A stretch of 48,479 nt of DNA from Alphaproteobacteria bacterium (lineage in GTDB: Bacteria > Pseudomonadota > Alphaproteobacteria > RS24): the NCBI GenBank assembly GCA_965657665.1, contig CBFHPF010000001.1, positions 1 through 48,479 on the forward strand. The letters run 5' to 3'. The position numbers and the translations under genes were made by a program. This document shows, piece after piece, positions 27,724-38,389 of this stretch. The first letter of the stretch is position 1. Each line of letters begins with the position of its first letter. The notes beneath the pieces were generated by a model. That model saw only the letters and a program-made list of their open reading frames with translations, did no database searches and had not been told where the DNA came from.

Positions 27724-29121
27724 ATGAGCAATCGCATGTGGGGCGGCCGGTTTGGCGGCGGTCCCGATGATATTATGGAAGAAATTAACGCATCCATCGG
27801 ATTTGACCAGCGTCTGTTTGCCCAAGACATACGCGGCTCAATGGCGCATGCCGAAATGTTGGTCAAACAAGGCATCATCAGCGCACAAGACGGCACAGCC
27901 ATTACTGACGGTTTGCGGAAAATTGAAGCCGAAATTAACGCCGGTGAGTTTACGTTTTCTCGCGCGCTAGAAGATATTCACATGAATATTGAAGCGCGCC
28001 TTGCTGAATTGATTGGCCCGACAGCCGGTCGGCTGCACACGGCGCGGTCGCGCAATGACCAAGTGGCAACGGATTTCCGGCTTTATGTACGCGACACTAT
28101 CGACCATTTAGCGGCGCAAATTTGCGCCCTGATGGCGGCTTTAAACGATAAAGCCGAAGTGCATGCTGACACGATTATGCCGGGCTTCACCCATTTGCAA
28201 CCGGCCCAGCCGGTGACTTTCGGTCATCATATGCTGGCTTATGTTGAGATGTTATCGCGCGATTTTGGTCGCTTTAGCGATGCCCGCAAAAGGCTGAATG
28301 AAAATCCGCTCGGCGCAGCGGCTCTGGCAGGCACGGGTTTTGACATTGACCGCGAGGCGACAGCGCATGCTTTGGGCTTTGATAGGCCAACCGGCAACAG
28401 CATGGATAGTGTTTCGGCGCGCGATTTCGCGCTTGAGGCATTGTCGGCGGCAGCTATTTGCGCGACGCATTTATCGCGGCTGGCGGAAGAAATTGTTATT
28501 TTTGCCACGCCGAATTTCGGCTTTTTCACCCTGCCCGATGCGTTTTCTACCGGCTCGTCCATCATGCCGCAAAAGCGCAATCCGGATGCGGCCGAATTGG
28601 TGCGCGCCAAAACCGGCCGCATTATCGGTGCGCTCAACGGGCTGATGATTGTTATGAAAGGCCTGCCTTTGGCGTATTCCAAAGACATGCAAGAAGACAA
28701 AGAAGGCGTGTTTAACGCGCTGGACAGCCTGTCTTTATGCTTGGCGGCGATGACCGGCATGATGCAGACCATTGGCGTCAACGCTGAGGCCATGCATGCA
28801 GCCGCCGGTAATGGCTTTTCGACCGCAACAGATTTGGCTGATTGGTTGGTGCGCGAGGCCGGATTGCCGTTTCGCGATGCCCATCACGCAACCGGCGCGC
28901 TGGTGGCGATGGCAGAAGATAAAAGCTGCGATTTGGCTGAGCTATCACTGGCCGATATGCAAAGCGTCAATAAAGCCATCACGGAAGATATTTTCAATGT
29001 GCTGACTGTTGAGGCCTCGGTCGCCAGCCGCAAAAGTTTTGGCGGCACGGCGCCCCAAAATGTGCGCCAACGGGTGGCCCATTGGCAAAGCTGGCTGGCG
29101 CAAAATGGAGCTGAGCAATGA
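27724..29121 (+). CDS. argH: Argininosuccinate lyase
   Basis: [29 protein letters not shown]. Confidence 0.97.
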   Translation: MSNRMWGGRFGGGPDDIMEEINASIGFDQRLFAQDIRGSMAHAEMLVKQGIISAQDGTAITDGLRKIEAEINAGEFTFSRALEDIHMNIEARLAELIGPTAGRLHTARSRNDQVATDFRLYVRDTIDHLAAQICALMAALNDKAEVHADTIMPGFTHLQPAQPVTFGHHMLAYVEMLSRDFGRFSDARKRLNENPLGAAALAGTGFDIDREATAHALGFDRPTGNSMDSVSARDFALEALSAAAICATHLSRLAEEIVIFATPNFGFFTLPDAFSTGSSIMPQKRNPDAAELVRAKTGRIIGALNGLMIVMKGLPLAYSKDMQEDKEGVFNALDSLSLCLAAMTGMMQTIGVNAEAMHAAAGNGFSTATDLADWLVREAGLPFRDAHHATGALVAMAEDKSCDLAELSLADMQSVNKAITEDIFNVLTVEASVASRKSFGGTAPQNVRQRVAHWQSWLAQNGAEQ

Positions 29122-29231
29122 TGCGTTGCATGACTGTCTTCGCCGTTTTGATTATAGTCGGCCATGTGTCCGCTTGCGGCAAACGCGGCGATTTGAGCTT
29201 GCCGTCTGCTGCCTCGGTCGTGGAGAGATAA
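29118..29231 (+). CDS. Small lipoprotein, LptM/YifL/LppL-like, 37 aa (below the ORF-track cut-off)
   Basis: [37 protein letters not shown]: lipobox VSAC followed by GKRGDL.LP; ATGA overlap with the argH stop; ends 1 nt before lysA. Confidence 0.8.
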   Translation: MMRCMTVFAVLIIVGHVSACGKRGDLSLPSAASVVER

Positions 29232-29232
29232 T

Positions 29233-30510
29233 ATGGACCATTTTACTTTTCGCGACGGCGCATTGCACGCCGAAGACTGTGCCATTGCTGATATTGCTGA
29301 AGCGGTCGGCACGCCATTTTATTGTTATTCCTCGGCCACATTGCGCCATCACTTCACTGTTTTGGATGAAGCGCTGACGGGCGCGGGTTTGAGCCAAAGG
29401 CTGATTTGCTATTCGGTAAAAGCCAATTCCAATTTGGCCGTTATCGCCACGCTGGCCAAGCTGGGGGCGGGCGCAGATATCGTATCGCAAGGCGAATTAA
29501 TGCGCGCCTTAGAGGCCGGTATTCCGGCGGAAAAAATTGTCTTTTCCGGGGTCGGCAAAACCGCCGATGAAATGCGCGCCGCGTTGGCCGTTGGCATTTT
29601 GCAATTTAATGTTGAGAGCTTGGCCGAGATTGACACGCTGGCGGCTATTGCCCGCGATATGGGCAAGACGGCGCACATTGCTTTGCGCGTGAACCCTGAT
29701 GTTGATGCCGGTACGCATGAGAAAATCTCGACCGGCAAAGCGGAAAATAAATTCGGCATTGCGTGGGAAGATGCCGAAGCCGGTTTCGCCCATGCGCGCG
29801 CGCTGGACGGCGTTGAAGCCAATGCGATTGATATTCACATTGGCAGCCAAATTACTGATTTGACGCCGTTCCGCATTGCGTTTGAGAAAATTGCCGAATT
29901 GCTGGCAAGCTTGCGCGCTGACGGGCATGACATTCAACGCCTCGATTTGGGCGGCGGTTTGGGTGTGCCATATCGGCGCGACAATGAAACCCCGCCTGAC
30001 CCGCAAGCCTATGCGCAAATGATTGCCGATACGCTGGGCGATAGCGGCTGCACGATTATGTTGGAGCCGGGCCGTTTAATCGCTGCCAATGCCGGTGTGC
30101 TGGTAACCTCTGTGGTGCGCAGCAAAACCGGTCAGGCGAAAAACTTCATGATTGTCGATGCGGCAATGACAGAATTAATGCGCCCGACTTTATACGGCGC
30201 GCATCACGATATTTTACCGGTTCAAGAGCCAAGCGACAGCGAAACCGCTAGGCTGAACTGGGATGTTGTCGGGCCGGTATGCGAAAGCGGCGATTTTCTC
30301 GGTCAAGACCGCGCCCTGCCCGCTTTAGCCGAAGGTGATTTATTGGCGGTGTTTGCTGCCGGTGCTTATGGCGCGGTTTTAGGTTCGACTTATAACACCC
30401 GCCCACAAGCGCCGGAAATTTTGGTCGATGGCGACCGCTTTGCCGTTGTACGCACGCGGCCCAGCTATCAAACCATGCTGGATGGCGAAAACCTGCCCGA
30501 ATGGCTCTAG
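29233..30510 (+). CDS. lysA: Diaminopimelate decarboxylase
   Basis: YSVKANSN (PLP Lys), HIGSQI, DLGGG.G, EPGR, VVGPVCESGD. Confidence 0.97.
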   Translation: MDHFTFRDGALHAEDCAIADIAEAVGTPFYCYSSATLRHHFTVLDEALTGAGLSQRLICYSVKANSNLAVIATLAKLGAGADIVSQGELMRALEAGIPAEKIVFSGVGKTADEMRAALAVGILQFNVESLAEIDTLAAIARDMGKTAHIALRVNPDVDAGTHEKISTGKAENKFGIAWEDAEAGFAHARALDGVEANAIDIHIGSQITDLTPFRIAFEKIAELLASLRADGHDIQRLDLGGGLGVPYRRDNETPPDPQAYAQMIADTLGDSGCTIMLEPGRLIAANAGVLVTSVVRSKTGQAKNFMIVDAAMTELMRPTLYGAHHDILPVQEPSDSETARLNWDVVGPVCESGDFLGQDRALPALAEGDLLAVFAAGAYGAVLGSTYNTRPQAPEILVDGDRFAVVRTRPSYQTMLDGENLPEWL

Positions 30511-30596
30511 GCCGGAACACCGACAGTAAACCCCAATTCGGGCGGTGCATCGCGGCAAGAAATCTGTCATGATGCGAAGCTGATTGGGGACAGGCT

Positions 30597-31265
30597 ATGA
30601 TCAGACTGGAAAATGTGTCGCTGGCCTATGAAGCGGGCCGTAATATTCTCGACAGCTTGTCGCTGGATATACCCCAAGGCGCGTTTCGCTTTCTGACCGG
30701 CCCATCAGGTGCCGGCAAAACCTCTTTATTGAAGCTGATTTTTCTCGCGCATATGCCCAATAGCGGACAAGTGCAGCTCATGGGCAATAATATTGCCGCA
30801 TTAAACCGCAAGCAACTGGCTGAAATGCGCCGCCATATCGGCGTGGTGTTTCAAGATTTTCGCCTGATTGAGCATTTATCGGTTTACGATAATGTCACTC
30901 TCCCTTTGCTGATTGCCGGTCAAAAACCCACTATGTGGCGCGATAATGCCGTTGAATTGCTCAATTGGGTTGGGCTGGGCGACCGGCTAAACGCGCTGCC
31001 CGCTACTTTGTCGGGCGGTGAAAAGCAACGCGCTGCCATTGCCCGCGCCGTTATCACCCGCCCGCGCATTATTATCGCCGATGAGCCGACCGGTAATGTT
31101 GACCCGGAAATGGGCGAAAGGCTGGTGCGTCTCTTGGTTGAGCTAAATAAAATGGGCACGACGATTATTATCGCGACCCATGACCGGCATTTATGGGAGC
31201 AATTTGATTTCCCCCGCCTGCATCTAGAAGGAGGCCGCGTCAGCCAGATGGAGGGCGGGCTATGA
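30597..31265 (+). CDS. ftsE: Cell division ATP-binding protein FtsE
   Basis: GPSGAGKT, VFQDFRL, LSGGEKQR, ADEPTGNVD. Confidence 0.93.
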   Translation: MIRLENVSLAYEAGRNILDSLSLDIPQGAFRFLTGPSGAGKTSLLKLIFLAHMPNSGQVQLMGNNIAALNRKQLAEMRRHIGVVFQDFRLIEHLSVYDNVTLPLLIAGQKPTMWRDNAVELLNWVGLGDRLNALPATLSGGEKQRAAIARAVITRPRIIIADEPTGNVDPEMGERLVRLLVELNKMGTTIIIATHDRHLWEQFDFPRLHLEGGRVSQMEGGL

Positions 31266-32122
31266 GCGAGACACAGCGCAGCGCGCCGCGCCTTTTGCCG
31301 CCTGAAAATTTGGCCGGTCCGGCACTTTCAGCCGTCACAATGGTGATGAGCTTTTTGGCCTGTCTGGCGCTCGGCTCGTCTTTATTGGCTGACCGCGCCG
31401 CCGACCGTTGGCTGGCCCGCGCCACCAGCGCAATGAGCGTGCAAATTGTCGAAACACGGCTTTTATCGGCGGAAGAACAATTGCCTGCCGTGATGCGCGA
31501 ATTGAACGCCGCACCGGGCATCGCAAAAATGCGCGTCTTGGAACGCGGCGACCTCGTCGCCTTGCTGGAGCCTTGGTTGGGCACAGGCAATATTGGCGAA
31601 GAATTACCGCTACCGATATTGATTGAAATCAACCCCGCTTCTGACCGCCAATTGGCAACAAAAGCCCTTGAAGCGCAATTGAAAGCCGTTGCGCCCGGCG
31701 CGCGCCTCGATACGCATGGGCGCTGGCGCGAAACTTTGGAAAGCACGGCTTTTGCGCTGACATTATTTGCCGCTTTGGTGCTGACAATGGTGACTTTGGC
31801 GACCGCCACCGTGATTTTATTCGCCACGCGCGCCGGCCTGAAAGCCAATGAAGAAATTCTCAATGTGCTGCATCAAATCGGCGCGCAAGACAGCTATATC
31901 TCGCGTCGCTTTGAGGCCCATTTCGTGCGCACAGTCTCTCTTGCAGCTCTGGCCGGACTGGCGGCTGCCTTGGTGTTTTTCTATGCGCTGGGCGCTTTAG
32001 TTGCTGAGGCCCGCCATGTTGAGTTTCTCATTTGGCTGACACCGCCGCCGCTCGCCGCTATTTTTCTGAGCTGGCAAGTGACCCGCCGCTATGTCTTGTC
32101 GCGCTTAAGGGCGCAACTTTAG
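31262..32122 (+). CDS. ftsX: Cell division permease FtsX
   Basis: Four TM helices; LLEPWLG, LPLP.LI, LHQIGA.D.YI; ATGA overlap with ftsE. Confidence 0.9.
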   Translation: MSETQRSAPRLLPPENLAGPALSAVTMVMSFLACLALGSSLLADRAADRWLARATSAMSVQIVETRLLSAEEQLPAVMRELNAAPGIAKMRVLERGDLVALLEPWLGTGNIGEELPLPILIEINPASDRQLATKALEAQLKAVAPGARLDTHGRWRETLESTAFALTLFAALVLTMVTLATATVILFATRAGLKANEEILNVLHQIGAQDSYISRRFEAHFVRTVSLAALAGLAAALVFFYALGALVAEARHVEFLIWLTPPPLAAIFLSWQVTRRYVLSRLRAQL

Positions 32123-32130
32123 GAGCCGTC

Positions 32131-32769
32131 ATGACGCGCTTTGACGATAAGAGAGCGCAGCAACGCCGTCAGATTGTGACGGCTCTGAGCAGCCTTATCG
32201 GCGGTGGTCTGGGTTTATTTCTGCTGTTTTTCATTGTTTTTGCCGAAAACCTGTCCGGTGAAACGGGCGATGTGCCGCAAGCCGACGGCATTGTGGTTTT
32301 TACCGGCACGGCAACCGCACGCATTGAGGCCGGTCTAGCTTTGCTGGACAATCGAAAAGGCAAACGTTTATTGGTAACCGGCCTGTATGAAGACCAAGAT
32401 TTCGACATGCTGATTGCCATGCAGGCCAAAACCCGCACAGCTACCCATAATAATGACGCCCATATTCGCTGCTGCCTCGACCTTGATTACAAAGCCACCA
32501 ATACGGTTGCCAACACACGCGAAACCGCCTTATGGGCCGAAGTGCATGGCTTTAATTCGCTGATTGTGGTGACCAGCGCGCACCATATGCCGCGCGCGTT
32601 TTTGGAGTTGCGCCGCGCCATGCCAACCGCGCGATTATCTGCTTATCCGGTTGTGCCGCCGCAAGTAAAGCTGGATAGCTGGTTTGCTTATCCGGGCACA
32701 ATGGCTTTATTGCTGGGCGAATATGCGCGCTATTTATGGGCATTGACCGGACTGCCCCGCGCCGGTTAA
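32131..32769 (+). CDS. YdcF/DUF218 (ElyC-like) protein
   Basis: DGIVVFTG, A.NT..N..ET, VVTS.HHMPRA; SD aggag before ATG 32131. Confidence 0.85.
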   Translation: MTRFDDKRAQQRRQIVTALSSLIGGGLGLFLLFFIVFAENLSGETGDVPQADGIVVFTGTATARIEAGLALLDNRKGKRLLVTGLYEDQDFDMLIAMQAKTRTATHNNDAHIRCCLDLDYKATNTVANTRETALWAEVHGFNSLIVVTSAHHMPRAFLELRRAMPTARLSAYPVVPPQVKLDSWFAYPGTMALLLGEYARYLWALTGLPRAG

Positions 32770-32778
32770 GTAGCTGTC

Positions 32779-33744
32779 ATGCGCGCCCTTTACGAGCTTC
32801 TCAACCATAAAAGGTTTTGGCTGTTTGCCCCTTTTGTCGGGTTAATGGCCTTAGTGCTGCTGACTTATGGCCTATGGAATATCGCCGCGACGCGCATTAG
32901 CGACCAACTCGCGGCCCAAGGGCTAAGCTGGCAAAGCTTGGACCGGCAAGGCTATCCGGCGCGCATCACCCTTGATATGCAAGCGCCGCGCCTTCGCCGC
33001 GACGGGGTTTTATGGCAAAACAGCCGCACCACAGCCACGCTTATGCCGTTTAATCATCGCCATGCCGTGTTTGATTTTCGCGGCGCGCATTATTTTGAAG
33101 GCCTTCAAAATGAAACGGGGAAAAATAAAGCCAGTCTCGCCCATGACGGTAATTTGATGAGCCTTGTGCATGACGCAGACGGAATTGTGCGCGGCTCTTT
33201 TGAGGCGCAAGCGCCGCGCCTTTCAGGGCAATGGAACAACACGCGATTTGATATGCAAGCCCAGGTTTTGGGCGTTCATTTGCAGCGTCAAGACGATACA
33301 CGCCGCCTTAATGCCGCGCTGGTGTTAAAGCAATTGCGCTTCGCCAATAATCAAGCCATCGCCCGCTTTGATGTGCTGAGCGAGATACCGCGTCGCTGGA
33401 TACAAAATGCGCCCCAAGCCAATGATCGGATCAAATTGCAGCGCGTCACCATAGAGCGCGGCGCGCTGACCGTCATTGCCCGTGGCTCGCTCAAGCTGGC
33501 GACAGACGGATTTCTTGAAGGCAAGCTGGATATGGATTTTCTCAGTCAAACCGCCCTACTGGATGCACTGGAAGAGTTTGGCTTGCTGGAAAAAAGCCAA
33601 CGCCGCCGTGCCGCTTTTTTATTCGGTCTGGGGGCGGCTTTGGGCGGCGATACGCAAGACCGCTTATCTGTGCCATTAGTGTTGCGCAATGGGCGCGTGC
33701 TATTGGGGCCGCTTAATGTAGCGCAAGCCCCGCGCTGGCGTTAG
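32779..33744 (+). CDS. DUF2125-like protein
   Basis: N-terminal TM followed by GYP.R, C-terminal G..LLGP; usual position after ftsEX-ydcF. Confidence 0.6.
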   Translation: MRALYELLNHKRFWLFAPFVGLMALVLLTYGLWNIAATRISDQLAAQGLSWQSLDRQGYPARITLDMQAPRLRRDGVLWQNSRTTATLMPFNHRHAVFDFRGAHYFEGLQNETGKNKASLAHDGNLMSLVHDADGIVRGSFEAQAPRLSGQWNNTRFDMQAQVLGVHLQRQDDTRRLNAALVLKQLRFANNQAIARFDVLSEIPRRWIQNAPQANDRIKLQRVTIERGALTVIARGSLKLATDGFLEGKLDMDFLSQTALLDALEEFGLLEKSQRRRAAFLFGLGAALGGDTQDRLSVPLVLRNGRVLLGPLNVAQAPRWR

Positions 33745-33765
33745 GCGCGTTTTTCGAAAAACTGC

Positions 33766-34674
33766 TTATTTATCGCGCCCGAAATTCGGCGCATCCGTGT
33801 CTTGCCCGGCCTCGACAATCGATTGTCGAATGGTGCGGGTGCGCGAAAACACTTGTTCCAAATAGTCGCCGTCACCATGGCGAATGGCGCGCTGCAAAGC
33901 CGTCAAATCTTCCGAAAAACGCCCCAGCATTTCCAACACAGCCTCTTTATTATCGAGGAAAATATCGCGCCACATAATCGGGTCAGACGCTGCAATGCGG
34001 GTGAAATCGCGAAAACCGGAAGCGGAAAACTTAATCACTTCCGAGCGCGTCTCGGTTTCCAAATGCGCCGCCGTGCCGACAATATTAAACGCAATGAGAT
34101 GCGGCAAATGGCTGGTAATGGCCAGCACCAAATCATGATGCGCGGCATCCATAAAGGCCACTTCCGAACCCATGCCGCGCCATAATTTAGCGATTTGCTC
34201 AACCGCTATCAGACTGGTTGTGTCATCCGGGGTGAGAATGCACCAACGCTGCTCAAACAATTCAGCGAAACCGGCCTCCGGCCCCGACTGCTCCGTACCG
34301 GCAATCGGATGGCCCGGCACAAAATGCACCCGCCCTTGCAAAAGCGGTGAAATATCGGCCAGCACGCCGCCCTTCACCGAGCCGACATCGGTGATAATAG
34401 CATTGTCTTTGAGGCTTGGCACAATCTCTTCAGCCAAGGCTTGCATGACAGAAAGCGGCGTGTTGAAGAACACGACGTCTGCGTCAATACACGCCTCCAC
34501 GGCGCTGTCATGCACCGTATCAACAAAGCCGATATCAAGCGCGGCTTGGCGCGTATCAGCCGAGCGCGCATAGCCGGAAATATGCGCCGCCAAACCATTC
34601 TTTTTCAGCGCATGACCCAGCGACGAGCCGATAAGGCCCATACCGATAAGGGCAATATTGGGTTTTTCCATCAT
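33766..34674 (-). CDS. tyrC: Prephenate/arogenate (cyclohexadienyl) dehydrogenase
   Basis: IG.GLIGSS, TDVGSVK, HPIAGTE.SG, HD.VLA.TSHLPH, GFRDFTRIA. Confidence 0.93.
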   Translation of the reverse strand: MMEKPNIALIGMGLIGSSLGHALKKNGLAAHISGYARSADTRQAALDIGFVDTVHDSAVEACIDADVVFFNTPLSVMQALAEEIVPSLKDNAIITDVGSVKGGVLADISPLLQGRVHFVPGHPIAGTEQSGPEAGFAELFEQRWCILTPDDTTSLIAVEQIAKLWRGMGSEVAFMDAAHHDLVLAITSHLPHLIAFNIVGTAAHLETETRSEVIKFSASGFRDFTRIAASDPIMWRDIFLDNKEAVLEMLGRFSEDLTALQRAIRHGDGDYLEQVFSRTRTIRQSIVEAGQDTDAPNFGRDK

Positions 34675-34679
34675 CGCCT

Positions 34680-35777
34680 CTATTGCTGCTCGATAAATTT
34701 TTGCAGCGCTGCCAGCGCCGCCCGATTGCCGTCTTCTGTGCCGACCGACAAGCGCAGACAATTGGGCAAACCATAAGCTAGCAAATTGCGCGGAATAACG
34801 CCTTGCTGGCACATGAAATCATCCGCCGCCACCGCCGTCGCGGCATCGCCAAACTCGATTAAAATGAAATTGGCCGTGCCGCCTTTCGCCGTCAGCCCAA
34901 GGCCGCCGATTTGTTGCACCAACCAATCGCGCCATTGCTGATTATGAGCGCGGCTTTTTTCAATATGCGCTTGGTCATCCAACGCCGCGACACCGGCCGC
35001 CAAAGCCGCCGCATTAATATTAAACGGCCCACGCACACGATTAAGCACATCAGCAATAGCCGGTGGGCAATAGCCCCAACCCAGCCGCAAAGCTGCCAGC
35101 CCATAGGCTTTTGAAAAGGTCCGCGTGGTCACGACATTGTCATGCGCCGCCACCATATCAAACGCATGCGGATACGTATCAGGCGCGATATATTCGGCAT
35201 AAGCCCCATCAACCACCAAAATAACATCTGACGGCAAGGCCGCATGCAGGCGCATTAATTCATCGCCATCCAGCATTGTGCCGGTCGGGTTATTGGGATT
35301 GGCGAGAAACACGATTTTTGTTTTCTCGCTCAGCGCGGCAATAATCGCGTCGACATCGGCTGTTAATTGCGTTTCCGCCACAGCAATCGGCGTGGCACCG
35401 GCCACCCGACTGGTCAGCTTATAAATCAAAAAAGCATGGCTGGTATGCAACACCTCATCGCCATCGCCCAAATAGGCTTGCGCCAAAAGGTGTAAAATTT
35501 CATCCGAGCCATTGCCGCAGACAATTTGCGCCGCCTCAATATTATTCACCTGCGCCAGCTTTTCGCGCAATGCCGTGGCATGACCATCGGGATAAATCGA
35601 CGGGTCGCTTGGCACAGCCAGTGCCGCCAGGGCTTTCGGGCTGGCACCAAGCGGGTTTTCATTGGCTGATAATTTATACGGGTTTTCAATACCCTCGACG
35701 GTTTCGCGCCCGCCAACATAAGGTGGCATATCCAATATGCCCGCATTGGGTTGCGGTTGCTTTTTATTCTCACCCAT
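34680..35777 (-). CDS. hisC: Histidinol-phosphate aminotransferase
   Basis: KLSANENP, GNGSDE, NPNNPTG, RTFSKAYGLA.LR.G. Confidence 0.95.
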   Translation of the reverse strand: MGENKKQPQPNAGILDMPPYVGGRETVEGIENPYKLSANENPLGASPKALAALAVPSDPSIYPDGHATALREKLAQVNNIEAAQIVCGNGSDEILHLLAQAYLGDGDEVLHTSHAFLIYKLTSRVAGATPIAVAETQLTADVDAIIAALSEKTKIVFLANPNNPTGTMLDGDELMRLHAALPSDVILVVDGAYAEYIAPDTYPHAFDMVAAHDNVVTTRTFSKAYGLAALRLGWGYCPPAIADVLNRVRGPFNINAAALAAGVAALDDQAHIEKSRAHNQQWRDWLVQQIGGLGLTAKGGTANFILIEFGDAATAVAADDFMCQQGVIPRNLLAYGLPNCLRLSVGTEDGNRAALAALQKFIEQQ

Positions 35778-36502
35778 CACGTCACCTTTACCGGCGGCAC
35801 AATAATCTGCCCCCAAATCTCATCATCATCACTTGGCTTTTCAGCCGCCACCAAAACACCTTCTGCCAATGTGCCCAGCACAATATCGCCATCTTGCGGC
35901 GCGGCGCGGCACACCAGTCCTTGCGCTTCATCGGCCGTTTCATCGCTGGCTTGCGCATAGCAAATTGCGCCCGTTTTATGCTCTGTTTTATGCTCTGTTT
36001 TATGTGGCGCATCAACAAATGAGCTGATAATCGGCAAGACAGCAAAAGCCGTCAGCGGTGCGACAGGCGCACGCGCCTCGCTCATCGCCAATACGGCAAC
36101 CGCACGCGGATTTTCAGCACATGCGGCAAGCGCGGTTTGTTCATCACTCAGCACATAATCAAGGCTGGCCCCAAAATGCGCCCGCGCCTCAGCCATTCCC
36201 GCTTCAGTGGCATAAATCGTCAACCCGCCCTGCTGGGCCAGTGCCATGCCGATAATTTCGCGCCATATGGCCAACAAGCCTTCGGCCGGCAATTGCGGCG
36301 CGTCAGTGGCTTGCCAGTCAAGCAAAGCCGCCATTTGTTGTGCCTCACGCAATGGGCGCAAAGCCCCGCCTGAGCCGCTTTGCGCTTTACTGGCCGCCAC
36401 TTTGGCGACCAATTCGGCACGCGCCAAGAGACGCGTCCGGAGGTCATTATCCAGCGCATCTATTTGTTGTCGCAGCGTCGCCAAATCCGGCATGCCGTTC
36501 AT
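35777..36502 (-). CDS. Chorismate mutase (AroQ domain plus degenerate C-terminal domain)
   Basis: LR.QID.LD..L..LL..R...V..V...K, RP.RE, IWREII; upstream of hisC-tyrC. Confidence 0.85.
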   Translation of the reverse strand: MNGMPDLATLRQQIDALDNDLRTRLLARAELVAKVAASKAQSGSGGALRPLREAQQMAALLDWQATDAPQLPAEGLLAIWREIIGMALAQQGGLTIYATEAGMAEARAHFGASLDYVLSDEQTALAACAENPRAVAVLAMSEARAPVAPLTAFAVLPIISSFVDAPHKTEHKTEHKTGAICYAQASDETADEAQGLVCRAAPQDGDIVLGTLAEGVLVAAEKPSDDDEIWGQIIVPPVKVT

Positions 36503-36593
36503 CTTTACCCCCGGTCACATAATGGCTGTGAGCTTCGCCTAGTCATAAGCGACGAGACAGTGTAAATCAAAGAAAAGATGATAGGAGAAATAG

Positions 36594-37736
36594 GTGAACC
36601 AGCACGTTAAAGCCGAAGCACATAAAGACGGCGTCACCCTGAAAGGGGCGGCGCTTGGGCTTGATTGCGGCGTGGTTTTAGACGACGTCACCATTGCTTA
36701 TCGTACTTACGGCGCGTTGAACGAAGATAAATCCAATGCGATTTTAATCTGCCATGCGCTGACCGGCGACCAACACGCTTATGGTGATAACCCACTGACT
36801 GGCAAAGCCGGTTGGTGGCACGAGATTATCGGCCCGGGCAAACCGCTTGATCCGGAAAAATATTTTATCATTTGCTCTAATGTGATTGGCGGCTGTGCCG
36901 GTTCAACCGGCCCGCTTAGCGACAAGCCCGATGGCAGCGGCCCCTATGGCTTGGAATTTCCAGTCATCACCATTGCTGACATGGTGCGCGCGCAAAACCT
37001 ACTGATAGACCATTTGGGCATTGAGCAATTATTTTGCGCCATTGGTGGCTCAATGGGCGGCATGCAGGTGTTGCAATGGGCGGCAGCGCATAGCGAGCGG
37101 GTTTTCGCCGCCATTCCCATCGCCACGTCAACGCGGCATTCTTCGCAAAATATCGCTTTTCATGAGGTTGGTCGCCAAGCCATTTTGGCGGACCCGCATT
37201 TTCTCGGCGGGCGATATTTCGACACTGGCGAGCGCCCACGCAAAGGTTTGGGTGTCGCACGCATGGCGGCGCATATCACTTATTTGTCGGAAGCCGCGCT
37301 GCAAAGAAAGTTTGGCCGTAACTTGCAAGACCGCGAGGCGCTCGGCTTCGGCTTTGATGCAGAGTTTCAAATTGAAAGCTATTTGCGCCATCAAGGCATG
37401 ACTTTTGTCGAACGCTTTGATGCCAATAGCTATTTATACATCACCAAGGCGATGGATTATTTCGATATTGCGGCCGACCATGGCGGTAATTTGGCGGCGG
37501 CGTTTAGCGACACCAAAACCCGCTTCTGTGTCATGTCATTTACCAGTGACTGGCTTTTCCCGACCTCTGAAAGCGTTGCCACTGTGCGTGCGCTCAACGC
37601 AGCAGGGGCCAATGTCAGCTTTGTCGAAATTGAAAGCGATAAAGGCCATGACGCATTTTTGCTCGATGAGCCTGAAATGCGTGCCACACTTGGCGGCTTC
37701 TTGAAGGCCGCCGCGCAAGAACGGGGGCTGGGCTGA
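36594..37736 (+). CDS. metX: Homoserine O-acetyl/succinyltransferase
   Basis: [29 protein letters not shown]. Confidence 0.95.
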   Translation: MNQHVKAEAHKDGVTLKGAALGLDCGVVLDDVTIAYRTYGALNEDKSNAILICHALTGDQHAYGDNPLTGKAGWWHEIIGPGKPLDPEKYFIICSNVIGGCAGSTGPLSDKPDGSGPYGLEFPVITIADMVRAQNLLIDHLGIEQLFCAIGGSMGGMQVLQWAAAHSERVFAAIPIATSTRHSSQNIAFHEVGRQAILADPHFLGGRYFDTGERPRKGLGVARMAAHITYLSEAALQRKFGRNLQDREALGFGFDAEFQIESYLRHQGMTFVERFDANSYLYITKAMDYFDIAADHGGNLAAAFSDTKTRFCVMSFTSDWLFPTSESVATVRALNAAGANVSFVEIESDKGHDAFLLDEPEMRATLGGFLKAAAQERGLG

Positions 37737-38380
37737 TGATTGACCCAAAAGCCGGCGCAGCGGGTAATTTGGACGCGGCGCGTATCGATTTAAAGCTGAT
37801 TGCCGATATGGTCGCGCCGAAAACCAAAGTGCTCGACATTGGCTGCGGCGACGGCGCTTTGCTGGAATTGCTGGTCAAAGAACGCAATATTGACGCCCGT
37901 GGGCTGGAACTGAGCCAAAGCGGCGTGAATAATTGCGTCGCCCGCGGACTTTCGGTCGTGCAAGGCAATGCCGATACGGATTTGTCTTATTATCCGGATA
38001 ATGGTTTCGACACGGTGATTTTGAGCCAGACGCTGCAAGCGACCCAACGCCCGCATGAAGTGCTGGGCGAGATGGCGCGTATTGGCGAGCGGCTGATTGT
38101 TTCCATCCCCAATTTCGGTCATTGGCGCGTGCGGCTGGATTTGCTGCTGCACGGGCGCATGCCGGTCACCGGCACATTGGCCTCAAGTTGGTATGAGACG
38201 GCGAATATTCATCTATGCACTTTGCATGATTTCAGCGCCCTTTGTGCGCGGCTTAATCTGCAAGTGGAAAGCTGCATCACCTTATCGCGCGGGCGGGCGC
38301 GCCAAATAAATGGTCCACCGCGCGGACGGCATAATTTATTGGCTGAACAAGGCGTGTTTGTGCTGCGCCGTAATGGCTAA
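37736..38380 (+). CDS. metW: Methionine biosynthesis protein MetW
   Basis: VLDIGCGDG.LL, LSQTLQ, PNFGHW, NIHLCT..DF; coupled to metX. Confidence 0.93.
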   Translation: MIDPKAGAAGNLDAARIDLKLIADMVAPKTKVLDIGCGDGALLELLVKERNIDARGLELSQSGVNNCVARGLSVVQGNADTDLSYYPDNGFDTVILSQTLQATQRPHEVLGEMARIGERLIVSIPNFGHWRVRLDLLLHGRMPVTGTLASSWYETANIHLCTLHDFSALCARLNLQVESCITLSRGRARQINGPPRGRHNLLAEQGVFVLRRNG

Positions 38381-38389
38381 TTTTTAGCG

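Noticed and set aside
27616-27902. Long antiparallel overlap of tlpA and argH shown in the ORF track
   Set aside because: Artefact of taking the most upstream start; SD sites and homology favour starts at 27698 and 27724.
36503-36593. SAM-II, SAM-V or SAM/SAH riboswitch upstream of metX
   Set aside because: No recognisable core motifs or pairing in the 91-bp gap; an Infernal/Rfam scan would be decisive.
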